NCBI GenBank assembly: GCA_051362555.1
Contig: CM120647.1
Coordinates: 18,452,651-18,516,650, forward strand
Direction: 5' to 3'
DNA length: 64,000 nucleotides
Origin: Lingula anatina
Taxonomy: Eukaryota; Animalia; Brachiopoda
The number at the start of each line of letters is the position of its first letter. The stretch's first letter is position 1. Below, one piece after another: positions 1 to 12,179 of this stretch. The notes beneath the pieces are model-generated. The model was not told the origin of the DNA. It did no database searches and saw only the letters and a program-made list of their open reading frames with translations. A program made the position numbers and the translations under genes.

Positions 1-1424
1 TAGGTCAAAGGTCAATTTAAAGGTCACATTTAGATTGTCAGTATATGACTTCCTTTTCAAGTTCAATAGTAACTATGGACCTATCTCTGCCAGTTTTGGA
101 GATAAAAGGGCAGAAAAGTTTGCAAAGTTCAGTTCATGGTGAAAAGTAGGTCAAAGGTCAATTTCAAGGTCACATTTAGATTGCCAGTATATGACTTCCT
201 ATTCAACTTCAATAGTAACTATAGACCTATCTCAGCCAGTTTTGGAGATAAAAGGGAAGCAAAATTTGCAAAATTCAGTTCATGGTGTGAAGTAGGTCAA
301 AGGTCAATTTTAAGGTCACATTTAGATTGCCAGTATATGACTTCCTTTTCAAGTTCAATAGTAACTATGGACCTATCTCTGTCAGTTTTGGAGATAAAAG
401 GGCAGAAAAGTTTTGCAAAGTTCAGTTCATGGTGAAAAGTAGGTCAAAGGTCAATTTCAAGGTCACATTTAGATTGCCAGTATATGACTTCCTATTCAAG
501 TTCAATAGTAACTATGGACCTATCTCTGCCAGTTTTGGAGATAAAAGGGAAGCAAAATTTGCAAAGTTCAGTTTATGGTGAAAAGTAGGTCAAAGGTCAA
601 TTTTAAGGTCACATTTAGATTGCCAGTATATGACTTCCTATTCAAGTTCAATAGTAACTACGGACCTATCTCAGCCAGTTTTGGAGATAAAAGGAAAGCA
701 AAATTTGCAAAATTCAGTTCATGGTGAAAAGTAGGTCAAAGGTCAATTTTAAGGTCACATTTAGATTGCCAGTATATGACTTCCTATTCAAGTTCAATAG
801 TAACTATGGACCTATCTCTGCCAGTTTTGGAGATAAAAGGGAAGCAAATTTTGCAAAGTTCAGTTTATGGTGAAAAGTAGGTCAAAGGTCAATTTTAAGG
901 TCACATTTAGATTGCCAGTATATGACTTTCTATTCAATTCAATAGTAACTACGGACCTATCTCAGCCAGTTTTGGAGATAAAAGGAAAGCAAAATTTGCA
1001 AAATTCAGTGCATGGTGAAAAGTAGGTCAAAGGTCAATTTTAATGTCACATATAGATTGCCAGTATATGACTTCCTATTCAAGTTCAATAGTAACTACGG
1101 ACCTATCTCTGCCAGTTTTGGAGATAAAAGGAAAGCAAAATTTGCAAAATTCAGTTCATGGTGTAAAGTAGGTCAAAGGTCAATTTTAAGGTCACATTTA
1201 GATTGCCAGTATATGACTTCCTATTCAAGTTCAATAGTAACTATGGACCTATCTCTGCCAGTTTTGGAGATAAAAGGGAAGAAAAATTTGCAAAGTTCAG
1301 TTCATGGTGAAAAGTAGGTCAAAGGTCAATTTCAAGGTCATAGTAAGATTGCCAGTATAGGACTTCCTATTCAACTTCAATAGTAACTATGGACCTATCT
1401 CTGCCAGTTTTGGAGATATAAGGG
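1..1424. repeat. 146-bp tandem repeat array (~9.7 copies visible, continues off the left edge); core repeats of a Helentron/HINE-like element
   Basis: The unit starting TAGGTCAAAGGTCA recurs at 1, 147, 293 and onward with high identity. The core ATATGACTTCCTATTCAAGTTCAATAGTAACTATGGACCTATCTC resembles the core repeats of invertebrate non-autonomous Helentrons. Confidence 0.92.
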
Positions 1425-1820
1425 ACTAGATGTTATAATTTTGGAGTTACCATAATGTGCCTTAAATTTCGTACAGAAAAAATTAATTAAAATAAAGAAA
1501 ATGTCATTTTGGTCAAAATTCTTGAAATAGGAGGTGCTCTGAAGTTTCAGAAGTTCAAATTTGATGAAATAATGTCATTTTTGAACACAAGTTGTCTGCT
1601 TTGCCAAGCCTTATGTTTTATTTTTCCAGAGTTCAAAATTTATTATCCATTACCGTACTGCACATTTTGCTTTTACCACCAATATGTACTTTTTGATACA
1701 GCGTAACTCGAAAACCGTATGGAATACAAAAAAACGGAGACCACCATCAGTGTTGGGCTTTACATGCTCTACAAAATGCAAAAAAGAATGGGTCTCTAGC
1801 ATTAACGGTTCCCAAATTAG

Positions 1821-2704
1821 AGACAGTTTTCAGTTTCGGTATCTTATGGCCGCTACTCCCGTGAAAATGCACCGATTGACCCCAAATTCATGGAGATGAA
1901 AGATGACCTGAAGGGTAACACTTTCCAATAATATTATTGGTTAAGTCTGTGTGGTGTCTGAATAACAGGGCAAAAAAAATTTTTTTCGTAAAAAATTTCA
2001 TTTTTTTGAAAATTTTGGCCCATTTGACCTTGAAGTAGAGGTCAAAGGTCAAATCCAAGGGTATATTTGAAATCTACACATATGACTTTTGGAAAGCCGT
2101 CTATAGAAATTTTTCCCATAACTCCTTCCGTAGGGTAGATAATTAGCATTTAATTTTGCCATTTTTAGACAAGGGTGCATTGCAATGAGTGCCACACCCA
2201 GACCCCAATACCGACAAAGCCCAAATTTTACGTGGAACGAGTTGAGATTATAGGTGACCTAAAGACAGTTTTCAGTTTCGGTATCTTATGGCCGCTACTC
2301 CCGTGAAAATGCACCGATTGACCCCAAATTCATGGAGATGAAAGATGACCTGAAGGGTAACACTTTCCAATAATATTATTGGTTAAGTCTGTGTGGTGTC
2401 TGAATAACAGGGCAAAAAAAATTTTTTTCGTAAAAAATTTCATTTTTTTGAAAATTTTGGCCCATTTGACCTTGAAGTAGAGGTCAAAGGTCAAATCCAA
2501 GGGTATATTTGAAATCTACACATATGACTTTTGGAAAGCCGTCTATAGAAATTTTTCCCATAACTCCTTCCGTAGGGTAGATAATTAGCATTTAATTTTG
2601 CCATTTTTAGACAAGGGTGCATTGCAATGAGTGCCACACCCAGACCCCAATACCGACAAAGCCCAAATTTTACGTGGAACGAGTTGAGATTATAGGTGAC
2701 CTAA
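1821..2704. repeat. Direct tandem duplication of 442 bp (1821-2262 and 2263-2704)
   Basis: AGACAGTTTTCAGTTTCGGTATC...TAGGTGACCTAA occurs twice and appears identical by eye. Confidence 0.92.
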
Positions 2705-3505
2705 ATCCATGAGATGGGTACGGGAGCCCTTACCGTCTAGGAGGAGAAGCGGTAACGGTAGCCGTCCGGCGGAGCCGGCGGAACGATCCGGACAGGACCG
2801 AAACCATGTGTACCGCCAGCGCTAACGCTGGTGGTACAATAAACATCACCCTTAGCTTCACAGAAAACTTGAAAAAAAATGTATAACTATAATACCTGAA
2901 TACAAACACTATAGCATACCTTGAAACAGCAAGGGTATGCTATAAGTTGAAGTTTGTTTCAAGTAATCTCTGAAGCTCAGGGTGATAAATATATAACTAA
3001 GAAAAAACAGAACATCCATATGTTCAGAGTTGAAGCTGAACCTTAAAAAAAATATCCCAAAATTGCAAGCACTAATTAAAGGCTTTACAGTTGGAGTCTT
3101 TTGGGCTATCTATTTGTTAATTAAAAATTTTACTTGCTTCCAAAGCAAAATGTTTTGACAGCTGAAGAAAGGAATAAACTGAGGAAACAGGATTTGTGAA
3201 AATCTTCTAAAACAAAGCTGTTATTTTCACCCACCCAAATAAAATAGCACAGCACCCGGCCACCATGATCCCTGCACAGTACATAAAACGTGAACCTATC
3301 CGCGTCAACTGAAAATAAAGTGTGCGTTACTATCAGAGTGACAGTTTTTCTGTACCAACAGCAAGTACTTAGCACAGGAAGAACACTGGAAGACCCAGAG
3401 GACGGTCTCAATCTGCCCCCGTAGCATCCTAACTTCTTGTAAATAAAAATAGCTTGATTGTACAATGCACTTGAAGTTTTAACGAGTATAGCCTAGCAAG
3501 ATAAA

Positions 3506-3762
3506 GGCTTTGTTCACATGGAATGTCTATTTTCTAAAAATCTATTTTCTATTCGCGCTATCTTATGATCACGGTCTGTGCCCTGAATATCCTGCCGCGT
3601 AATTACTGGCAGCGCGAGCCAGTTACTTATATAACTTATAGTAACTGGGTCGCGCTGCCAGTAATTACGCCGCGGGATATTCAGGGCACAGGCCGTGATC
3701 ATAAGACATACCGCGAATAGAAAATAGAATTTAGAAAATAGACATTGCATGTGAATGAAGCC
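3506..3762. mobile_element. Fold-back (palindromic) MITE, PIF/Harbinger-like
   Basis: GGCTTTGTTCACATG...CATGTGAATGAAGCC. The arms of ~120 bp are near-perfect inverted repeats, the ends are GGC...GCC, and the flanks are A/T trinucleotides. Confidence 0.8.
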
Positions 3763-4067
3763 AAAATCTAAAATAAATTAGCATAGATATTAGATTTTAT
3801 CTTTGTTGTGTTCAAATTCTCATGTCAATTTTTTATCAATCTAAGAAATAGGAAACATTTGACCAATCAGACAGCAGTCATGTTTAACTAACTTTGTATT
3901 TTCAAATTCCATTGATTATGTAAGAATTTTTTCCAATGTAAATATGCACCACTCTTAGCTGTTGTAAAATTGCAGTAAATCAATTCACTACAGACATCAG
4001 CTACTATTTATTAGAATGAAAAAATGTATTAAATTTTACCCCACTATAGATTTAATGTTATACTCAC

Positions 4068-5981
4068 TAGAGCACCAAAGATAGGTGATGATATAAATAT
4101 GACCAACTCAAAACACCCAAATATCAACCCTGTGGTGGTCTTGGTGGAGCCTTTCTTTGCTGCCTGAAGAAATAAAAAAATAACCAGATTAAAACAGAAA
4201 TAAAAGTTCCAAGTCCAACCTGTAAGCAAACCTATGTTTATTATATAAATTCAAAATTAATACTGCTTTCCTTCTGTACACTTCTGATTCTTGACTGAAT
4301 ACATGAGTTTATTTATTTATTTATTTATTTTTATGTATTAATGAATAGCAAAATAATTTGGCTTCTCAACATTAAATGGTATTTTTCATCGGTGGTCATC
4401 ATCTTGTGAAGTATGTCAGTAGCAAGACATTTAGAAGAAAATTATTTAACACAGAATTCAACTGTAGGGAAGGGTTGAGCAATGACTTGTGAGTATGAGA
4501 AATTTGTTTTTTTCACAATAGAAAATAAGATCTATGATCCTGTCAAAATCTAGTGTCTTCAAGATTTACAGTGACAGTCCTTGTCAAAATGGCTGTAAAT
4601 GACTTCCAGGTGACAGTAATAGTCAGATTAATTTACATAATTACATAATTTATTCACCTCATCAGGGAAGAACGGGGCTAGCAAAGAGAAGCAGCAAGTA
4701 GCGCCAAGGTTTGCCAGGGCAAATGTGAGCACCGTAAGCTTCTGTCTCGTTGTCCACTTCGTTGGAGGTTCTTCGGTTTTCTCTCCACTCCCCTCACTGC
4801 CCTCAGAATCTGGAATGTTATCAGGTATGATATCACTTGTGATTAAGGTACAATAACAGAACATTGTACATGGAATTTCATCAGGAAAATGTTGTTAAAA
4901 GTGTATTTTAAATAAAATTTCACTAAAGAAACTAAAAGGTATATCCAGTGATGTTTTTTTTTTTTTTTTTTTTTTTTTGTAATGGATTTTTTTTGTAATG
5001 GAAAAAGTTGTAAAAACTAAAAATCCTGAAAACGAAACTTGCAATTTCTCATCACATTCAACCATTTGAAAAGAAAAATCAAAATGAAGAAAGAAAATCA
5101 TGAAATCAGGCATAATCCTGAAAATAAACTTTCAACCATGGTATTAGGATATTCAAAACCTGAATTTAAAACTATTTAATATTCCAAAATATATTTGAAA
5201 TGCCCCGTCCCCCACACCTTCAATAACCAGTAGCATAATAAATCAATCAATCAATCGATCAATTCCATATCAGCCATTTAATAGGTTACACATCAAAAAA
5301 TCCCACATTCATCAATGACATACATGTACTAGCACCCTGTATTTCTGATGGTTCTTTGAATACTACTCCACCACTGGACTGTATATTATCTGTCACCAGA
5401 CCCCCAGGGTACGCATCCTCATACACTTTGTCTGTATTGTCCTTTACAACACCGTCATCCTCGGGGTGCAAGTTTTCATAGGGAGCATCGGTTGATGGAC
5501 TCAGGTTCATGTCCATATAGGGAGCATTTGTTTGTGGGTTAGGGATCTCTATCCTGGGTGTGACCTTGTTGTGACCAGTTGTGACAGTGATTCTGCTGCT
5601 GTTAGGAGCAGCAACTTTGTGAATGTTATTTTGTGGGGCAGTGTTATCACTAGGGTTGTAAATGCTCTTGTTGATACTGCTGTTGTTGGAACTCACAGTC
5701 ATAGTTTCATATACATTGTCATCCTTGGTCGTTGTTGTAATTGCCGACGGACTTTCAACATCAGACATTATGCCAGCGTTACCAGTTGTATATGTGCTTG
5801 AACCCGTGTCTCTTGATCTTTCTGTGGTAATACTATTGATATCCTTGGTGTCACCTACACCACAATCACTATTAAAAGAGTCACCTGCATCTTGTGGAAT
5901 AAAACCACTGGAAAATATCGATTTTGTTGTTGACTCTACATCACTACAGTCATCTGAATGTATAACTTCTTTGTCAGACAT
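4068..5981 (-). CDS. SLC18B1: SLC18B1-like MFS vesicular transporter, paralog A (5' part; the gene continues beyond the left edge)
   Basis: Exons 5981-5324 (ATG at 5981), 4809-4658 and 4163-4068 with GT-AG ends and consistent phase. The translation WTTRQKLTVLTFALANLGATCCFSLLAPFFPDE/AAKKGSTKTTTGLIFGCFELVIFISSPIFGAL matches SLC18B1 TM1-2. The 96-bp exon equals the 96-bp exon of paralog B. Confidence 0.85.
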
Positions 5982-7139
5982 AGCCGTTCTTTTCTCTAAT
6001 TTCTGAAATGAGAAAGGTGGTTTTTTAATTGGAACGCTCCAATAATTGAAATCAATTATTTTGCAGAAAGAACATTGAAAGGGCAAATGATAATAGTCCG
6101 AAAGTTTCATTAATTAGTCTGGATGTTCACTATACTCAACCTTAATTCAGACCAGCAATTAAACCCTTTCCTTAACAAACTGATGAAAGTCTTATGATTT
6201 TTGGGACCAATGAACCTTCGGACTATCCTGGCAGATGCACCCCAATTTAACAGTCCACTTTACAGAGTATAAAAATGGACTAATTAACATCATTTTAAAG
6301 TCGAGTTCTCATTATTTGGCTCCTAATTGAAACCACCTATAAAATACATAGCGGATCACAGTAAGTCGAAATTATCCTAAAAAATAAATAAAAATAATGA
6401 TTTCAAATTATACATTCAAGCAGATATAAATATTTAGTAATTACTCTAAGTACTGGTAGTGGTAGACTTTCATGTAAGTGACATTCAGCCAATCATCGTA
6501 AGTATAATCATGAGTCGAGGCAACCTTACACGAGCCAACCTCTACAAGGCTTAGCACATACCTTGATTATGGGAATAAGCAACGATTACCATACGCTAAA
6601 AATTTACAGCTAAGCAGCAGAGTACAGAGATCAAATACTGTAACTATGCATTTAATGTAATCCAAACCACAAATGTTCACAGTTGTGCTCTTGGATAATT
6701 ACAACACATTATTACTTACACTTAAAGAATACCTTCTCTCACTGCATGGTTGTATGAAAAGAGGGGAAAACGTATGCCGACAGCAAAATTTAAATATTCT
6801 TTTTAGTTATTGCACAAGTTTAGGCAATGGCCATTAAGGTAATGGGGTCGCTGCTGAACCCATAACACATCAGATTGCACCATTCCGTACTCCCACTGGA
6901 AGCCTCGTTATCAGTGAGAAGATACTACTTGGCGCCTTTAAGATCTCAAAATAAATATTTATATCGATGCAGAAAACCGTCATTTACCTTTAGATGCCAT
7001 CTTACACTACCTAAAATTGCTTGTCTGACATTCTTCGAATTATCCCTAGGCCATATAAAACGCACTGATATCAAGCAACCACATTAAAACTGCCTGAATT
7101 ACCAGATAACGAAGGTTTCTCGTGGTTGTCGAAGACGTT

Positions 7140-7179
7140 GTCACATGACTGTCACATGGGCAGTAAGTTTCAAGATGGC
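7140..7179. promoter_or_regulatory. Tandem E-box/M-box (GTCACATGAC, GTCACATGG) plus YY1-like CAAGATGGC in the putative bidirectional promoter
   Basis: Motifs at 7140-7149, 7151-7159 and 7171-7179, in a CpG-richer stretch between the two divergent SLC18B1-like genes. Candidate 5'UTR donor sites lie at ~6718 and ~6987 (-) and ~7496 (+). Confidence 0.5.
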
Positions 7180-8033
7180 AGATAAGTGGTCAGAACGGCC
7201 TGGATACGACAACCCCGTGATTTGTTGTCACCTGGGTTTATCAGGGCCGTGAACACCCCCTGCTGCACGTGCTGCGTTTTCGAGTCTATGTTTAGATTGA
7301 AGCAGGCGTCTCGATGACAAAGGTTATTATTACAATAACAAGGGGAGCGCACGCTCTTGTCTACACGAGAATATATATATTTTCTGACTTTGTTGCGTTT
7401 CAGTCGAAAACAGCCTGTGAATTAGATGAGATAATTGCAGTAACGGAAGAAACAAGAAGCGTAGACGAGCAGTAATAGCACTAGTAGAGATAAGAGTAAG
7501 TATGCTGTTATTGAGCGGTATTACGCTGATTAAGTACGGAAGTGCTCATAAGTTGCACGGTTTACTTACTGTAACTCTGCATTGCCTGGATCTGTTGACA
7601 AGTGAACATACTGGTACCGCAGTAATGAAGCCACTCTGAATTAATAATCATTTTGACCACGTACTTGTGCTTGGGTACTTAAAGAGTAAACCTGTCACAT
7701 TTTTAAACAGATGTGATAAATCGGCGATTGGGAATGTGTTTTGTTGAATACATGTAATATAGGTGGCTATATAGATAACTGGTGTGTACATGTATGTTAC
7801 TGAAGGTTATGAGGAATACATCAGTTGTATTTTTGTTACAATGTGATAAATCCATAATCATACATGTTGCATGCATGTACAGTACAACTGACATGATGAC
7901 AAGAGGGCTATTATACGGTAGTTACAGGCCAAGACACTTGCCTCCATTTCACAAGTCTCTCCACAAAAAAATCATGAGTTGGTTATTTATTGGTCATGTC
8001 TAATTTGAAAGGCTTTTTTATGTGACTTTCTTA

Positions 8034-8291
8034 GACTGGGTTCCCATACCTAGATGGTCTAACAGGATTGATCTGTCTCGGAGGGGTTTCTCGCTAAACT
8101 GCTTTCAGCTTCAGTGGCTTAGATGTCTGGCACACCTACTGAAGCTGCTAAACAATACTTTAATACCTACCAGCTTCAGTAGAAGTGGCAGGAATCTAAG
8201 CAGCTTAAGTTGATTACAACTTAACAAGAATCCCCTCGGAGATAAATTGATCCACAGTTATAGTAGTACGATAGGGTCTGGGAATGGTCCG
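8034..8291 (+). mobile_element. MITE family B (Harbinger/Tourist-like)
   Basis: GACTGGGTTCCCATACCTAG...GTCTGGGAATGGTCC, flanked by TTA. Inverted copies at 24481-24731 and 27270-27520. Confidence 0.75.
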
Positions 8292-8493
8292 TTATGTAGT
8301 AGTCAAGGTATTGTAATTGTCAGTCTCTCAAAACATGCTTGCACCTGTATCATTAAGATATAATTCTCAATATGAAAAGGCCTTCATAAGGGTATAAATT
8401 ATTGCTGAATATGTTACATGTACAAATGATAATATGTTGTAATACCAGCACATTTGCACACAGCACAACTGATGTTTTGGTTATGATAGCTAA

Positions 8494-8707
8494 GAGTGCA
8501 TTCCCATAGATTGAGATCGATCCATCTGGATCGACCTAACTCCCTGGGGGTTCATGCTAAATTGCTGTCATCCTAGCATGCACAGTAGTTTATTTCCCCC
8601 TTATAGCTTTTAGTAGGCAGGACAGACATTCAAGCTGGCTAATCTGACAGTAATCTAGTGAGACTCCCTACAGGGATTGATCGATTTAAAATCTGTGGGA
8701 ATGGGTC
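8494..8707 (+). mobile_element. MITE family A (Harbinger/Tourist-like, ~215 bp)
   Basis: TIR-like CATTCCCATAGATT...AATCTGTGGGAATG with TAA/TTA flanks. Further copies at 10708, 24735 and 48867. Confidence 0.85.
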
Positions 8708-9730
8708 TTAGACCATGACTTGTTGATCAATGTAGCGTTTAGATAAAAGTTAGTATATGGTGAGCCTCTGAATTTAAATTAAATTTTAAACATTTCACCT
8801 TAATTACTAATTTATATAAAACTGTTGTTTAAAAAAATGCTTTTCAGTAGCTCGCAAAAAAAAGCACCTCTTAATTTTCAATTTTAATAATAACTAACAG
8901 AGCATTGCTTTTTTTTTTTTGAAAATTATTAATTTATTTCTTAGCACATATTGGGTTATTATAGTACAGTATGTTATAATGTTACCTTTGGAATCTCCTT
9001 TGTTTGCTAGTATTTGATAAAGTATGAAAAATCATATGTATCTGTGGTTTTTACTCAAAATTGAAGAACATCAATAATAAGTTTCTCCAAAATTTCATTT
9101 TGTTCAAAATATGAAAATGCTAATTCAAAGATTTGAAAAGTTAGTTGGCTCTGTGTGGATGAAATATGAAAATTTAATGTATTAGAACATTTAGATATTC
9201 TAAAAAGTGAGACATGTACTGCATATGAATATTTTAAGTAATACTAATAATAAATTAACTTCATTATTTAATTAATATTGATGATAGGTAAAGTGGCTAT
9301 CAAGGTCATAAATTGATGCCCTCTACTTATAACTTCATGTTGTGATATTGAAATTGACACTGATTAACACTGGTTATATACAACACAGATACCAAATAGT
9401 GCCAAGTTTATTAATGAAAGAACAGACCTTTTCCAGTCAAAAAATTATGTAATAACACATTAAACTTTGTATCCTAAGGACCTTTCATATCTTAATTACA
9501 GGTGGCCTTGTTTTTGCAGGTCATAAGAACAGTTAACACAAGAAGAAGGAAGCCATTATACATGTATGAGAACTCCTAATCCCTGGCTGCAAAAGAGAAC
9601 TATTATCACCATCAACACATTAACACCTGTGATGAACACAATACTCACTTCAATTTGTGATATTTAAGGAGATATTTTATAGCTATTTTACATATATTGT
9701 GATATTATTAAAAAGAACTCCACATCGCCT

Positions 9731-12112
9731 ATGGATGATTTTGACTTTTCCTCTGCTTTTGGAAACGATGCTGGCTGCGATGAGAGACAAAGAGGATATG
9801 GCAGGCACCATTCGCTATCAACGACCGAGGAGGGATTCCTCACACCTCATGGAAGCAATGAGGATTTACGTGAAGTGGGATCAAGTAAAGATTCTGCGGC
9901 GCAACTTGGAAAATACTCAGGCAAAGTTGAAACCAAAAAGGATTTGTTGTCTCCATTTAGGACCCTCAATGTACCAAGTTTATCCAATGATAATGACAGG
10001 TCTCAGGGCATAACCAGGCCAATAAACAGGTCTCCTGGGGTTAATATTTTATTTGGTAACAGTAAGGGAGACTATGACAGAAAGCAACCTAAAAAAGAGG
10101 CTGCAAGTTTATCTGATGATGCTCAGTTTTGTACCCCTCGGGATGACTATATGAAAGACCCTAGAGTTCATCAAATGGGCCACTCTGCTTCCAATGATAT
10201 TTATGCCTTCTCTACGCCAAACAGCAGCCTCCCAAGTTCAAGAACAGACACCCCTCTTTCAATACAATTTGGGACACCACAAAGCTTTCACAGTTTAAAC
10301 CCAAACAACCCTAGCAGAGACAGTCCTGTTTATTTTACAAAAAGCTCAGACACAATACCTACTTCTACCATAACCAAAGTGAATGTGAATGGACACAATG
10401 ATGACGTATATGTGAGAGTCCCAATCCCTTCTCCTCTCCCTTCTCTCGCTGCTCCAGTACAAAACAGTGTAGGTGGTTCCAGTTCTGCTGGGGGAGAAGA
10501 GGAGGGGGAAGGGGAGGTGGAGGTTAACACAGAAGAGGCATTCTCTTTCATGAGAATGACCAGAGTTCAAAAGATTATATTTGTCATCATGTCTCTCAGT
10601 AATTTCGCTTCATATCTGTGTTTGTCAGTGCCAGGACCTTTTTTTCCAGAAGAGGTAAGTGAAAATGACGCAATCCTAGGCCCTCTTCACATGGTGCATT
10701 ACACTTAGACTGCATTCCCATAGATTTAGATCGATCCATCTAGATCAACCTAACTCTCTGGGGGTTCACGCTAAACTGCTGTCAGCCGAGCATGCACGGT
10801 ACTTAATTTCCCCCTTACAGCTTTTAGTAGGCGGGACAGACGCTTAAGCCGGCTAAGCTGACAGTAATCTAGTGAGACTCCCCACAGGGATAGATCGATC
10901 TAAAATCTGTGGGAATGGGGTCTTAGACAGGTTCCCATACCTAGATCAGTGGTTACTTTGATTGCTCTTTATTCTGTAAAAATACATGTGCAACTTCACC
11001 AGAAGTGTTATCTGCCATTATAAATTTTTTCATAAGAATATTTTGTTTGTAAAATTGGAAAGTTCTGTTATATGCAACAAATACAGCATATCTATTTTAA
11101 AGCCCAGGAATGGATAATATAAATAACCAGTAAATAATTTTAAAGCTTACATAGAAGTCTATATCAATTTTGTCGTTCCAGGCCAAGAAGAAAGGACTTA
11201 ATAACACACAATCTGGATGGGTTTTTGCTGTGTTCTCCCTGACACAGTTTTTAGTCTCACCTGTGTGTGGAAAGCTTGTGAGTTATATTTATGTGATGAC
11301 TATGTATGTTATATGAGGATTTGTTTGTGTGTGCATGAGTGTAATTTTAGGTCAATTGACTTACAGTAATGGGTAGACTTTGCTATCTGTTATTGCAAAT
11401 TGTCCCTATTTTTACTTAGGTAATCGTTATGATCAAATTAAAAACAATAACAATGCTAAATATGAAAAGTCTAAAAGAAGTAAATTATTTGGGTGCTAAT
11501 GAAAGTTATAATTGATCAGGAATGTTAATTCACTAAGAAAGCCTGGAACAATTATGCTGCACTGCTTGTCTTGTGAAACAAGAAAACAAATGAAAAGCTG
11601 CTTATAGAGAAAACATGTTTGGTCTCTTATAAAAAGCATTGTAATCATCATTACACCTGAGACAATGAAATCATACTTTTTAATCTATAAGAGCGCATTC
11701 AGAACAGCCGACTAACAGTTCCACAGATCAAATATGGCGATCCATTTAAAAGCTTGCCGTTCCAGATTACAACAAGCAGTCAAGTGGGTCGGCCTAATTT
11801 TAACCTGCGGATCTGTTAGTCCACAGTTCTGAATGCGCTCTCTGAAGTTATCATTAATTTCAGCTGCCAGTTGTGGGCTCCAGGTTTATGTTTTTAAGTG
11901 GCACCTTTCTGGGCGGAGGCTGTGTTATAATATTTGGGTAAGAAGAATTGAAGAAATTCAAACTTACAATTACAATTACACAAAAATGACTAAGATTGAA
12001 TTTCTTAAACTCGTTAAATATAGATTATGAAGTTACAAGATAATCCCTTATCTTTTCTTAGAACTCTATTTTACTGATAAATGCCAAAGATTTCCTTCTT
12101 AAAATTTATATA

Positions 12113-12179
<67 letters not shown>

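Larger units (their letters stand above)
1..2842 (-). mobile_element. Non-autonomous Helentron/HINE (DINE-1/pearl-like) element in an intron of the minus-strand SLC18B1-like gene
   Basis: Terminal hairpin GTACCGCCAGCG-ctaa-CGCTGGTGGTAC at 2810-2837 followed by AATAA. On the minus strand the hairpin is followed by a GTCC-type tract and CTTCTCCTCCTAG, then internal tandem repeats. The same terminus recurs inverted at 25634-25765. Confidence 0.7.

Noticed and set aside
136-1317. ORFs within the 146-bp array
   Set aside because: The unit length is not a multiple of 3, so these are repeat-derived ORFs with no protein features.
12022-12060. 39-bp sequence repeated at 13839-13878, each near a (TA)n tract
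   Set aside because: Too short to classify; probably a fragment of a dispersed repeat.
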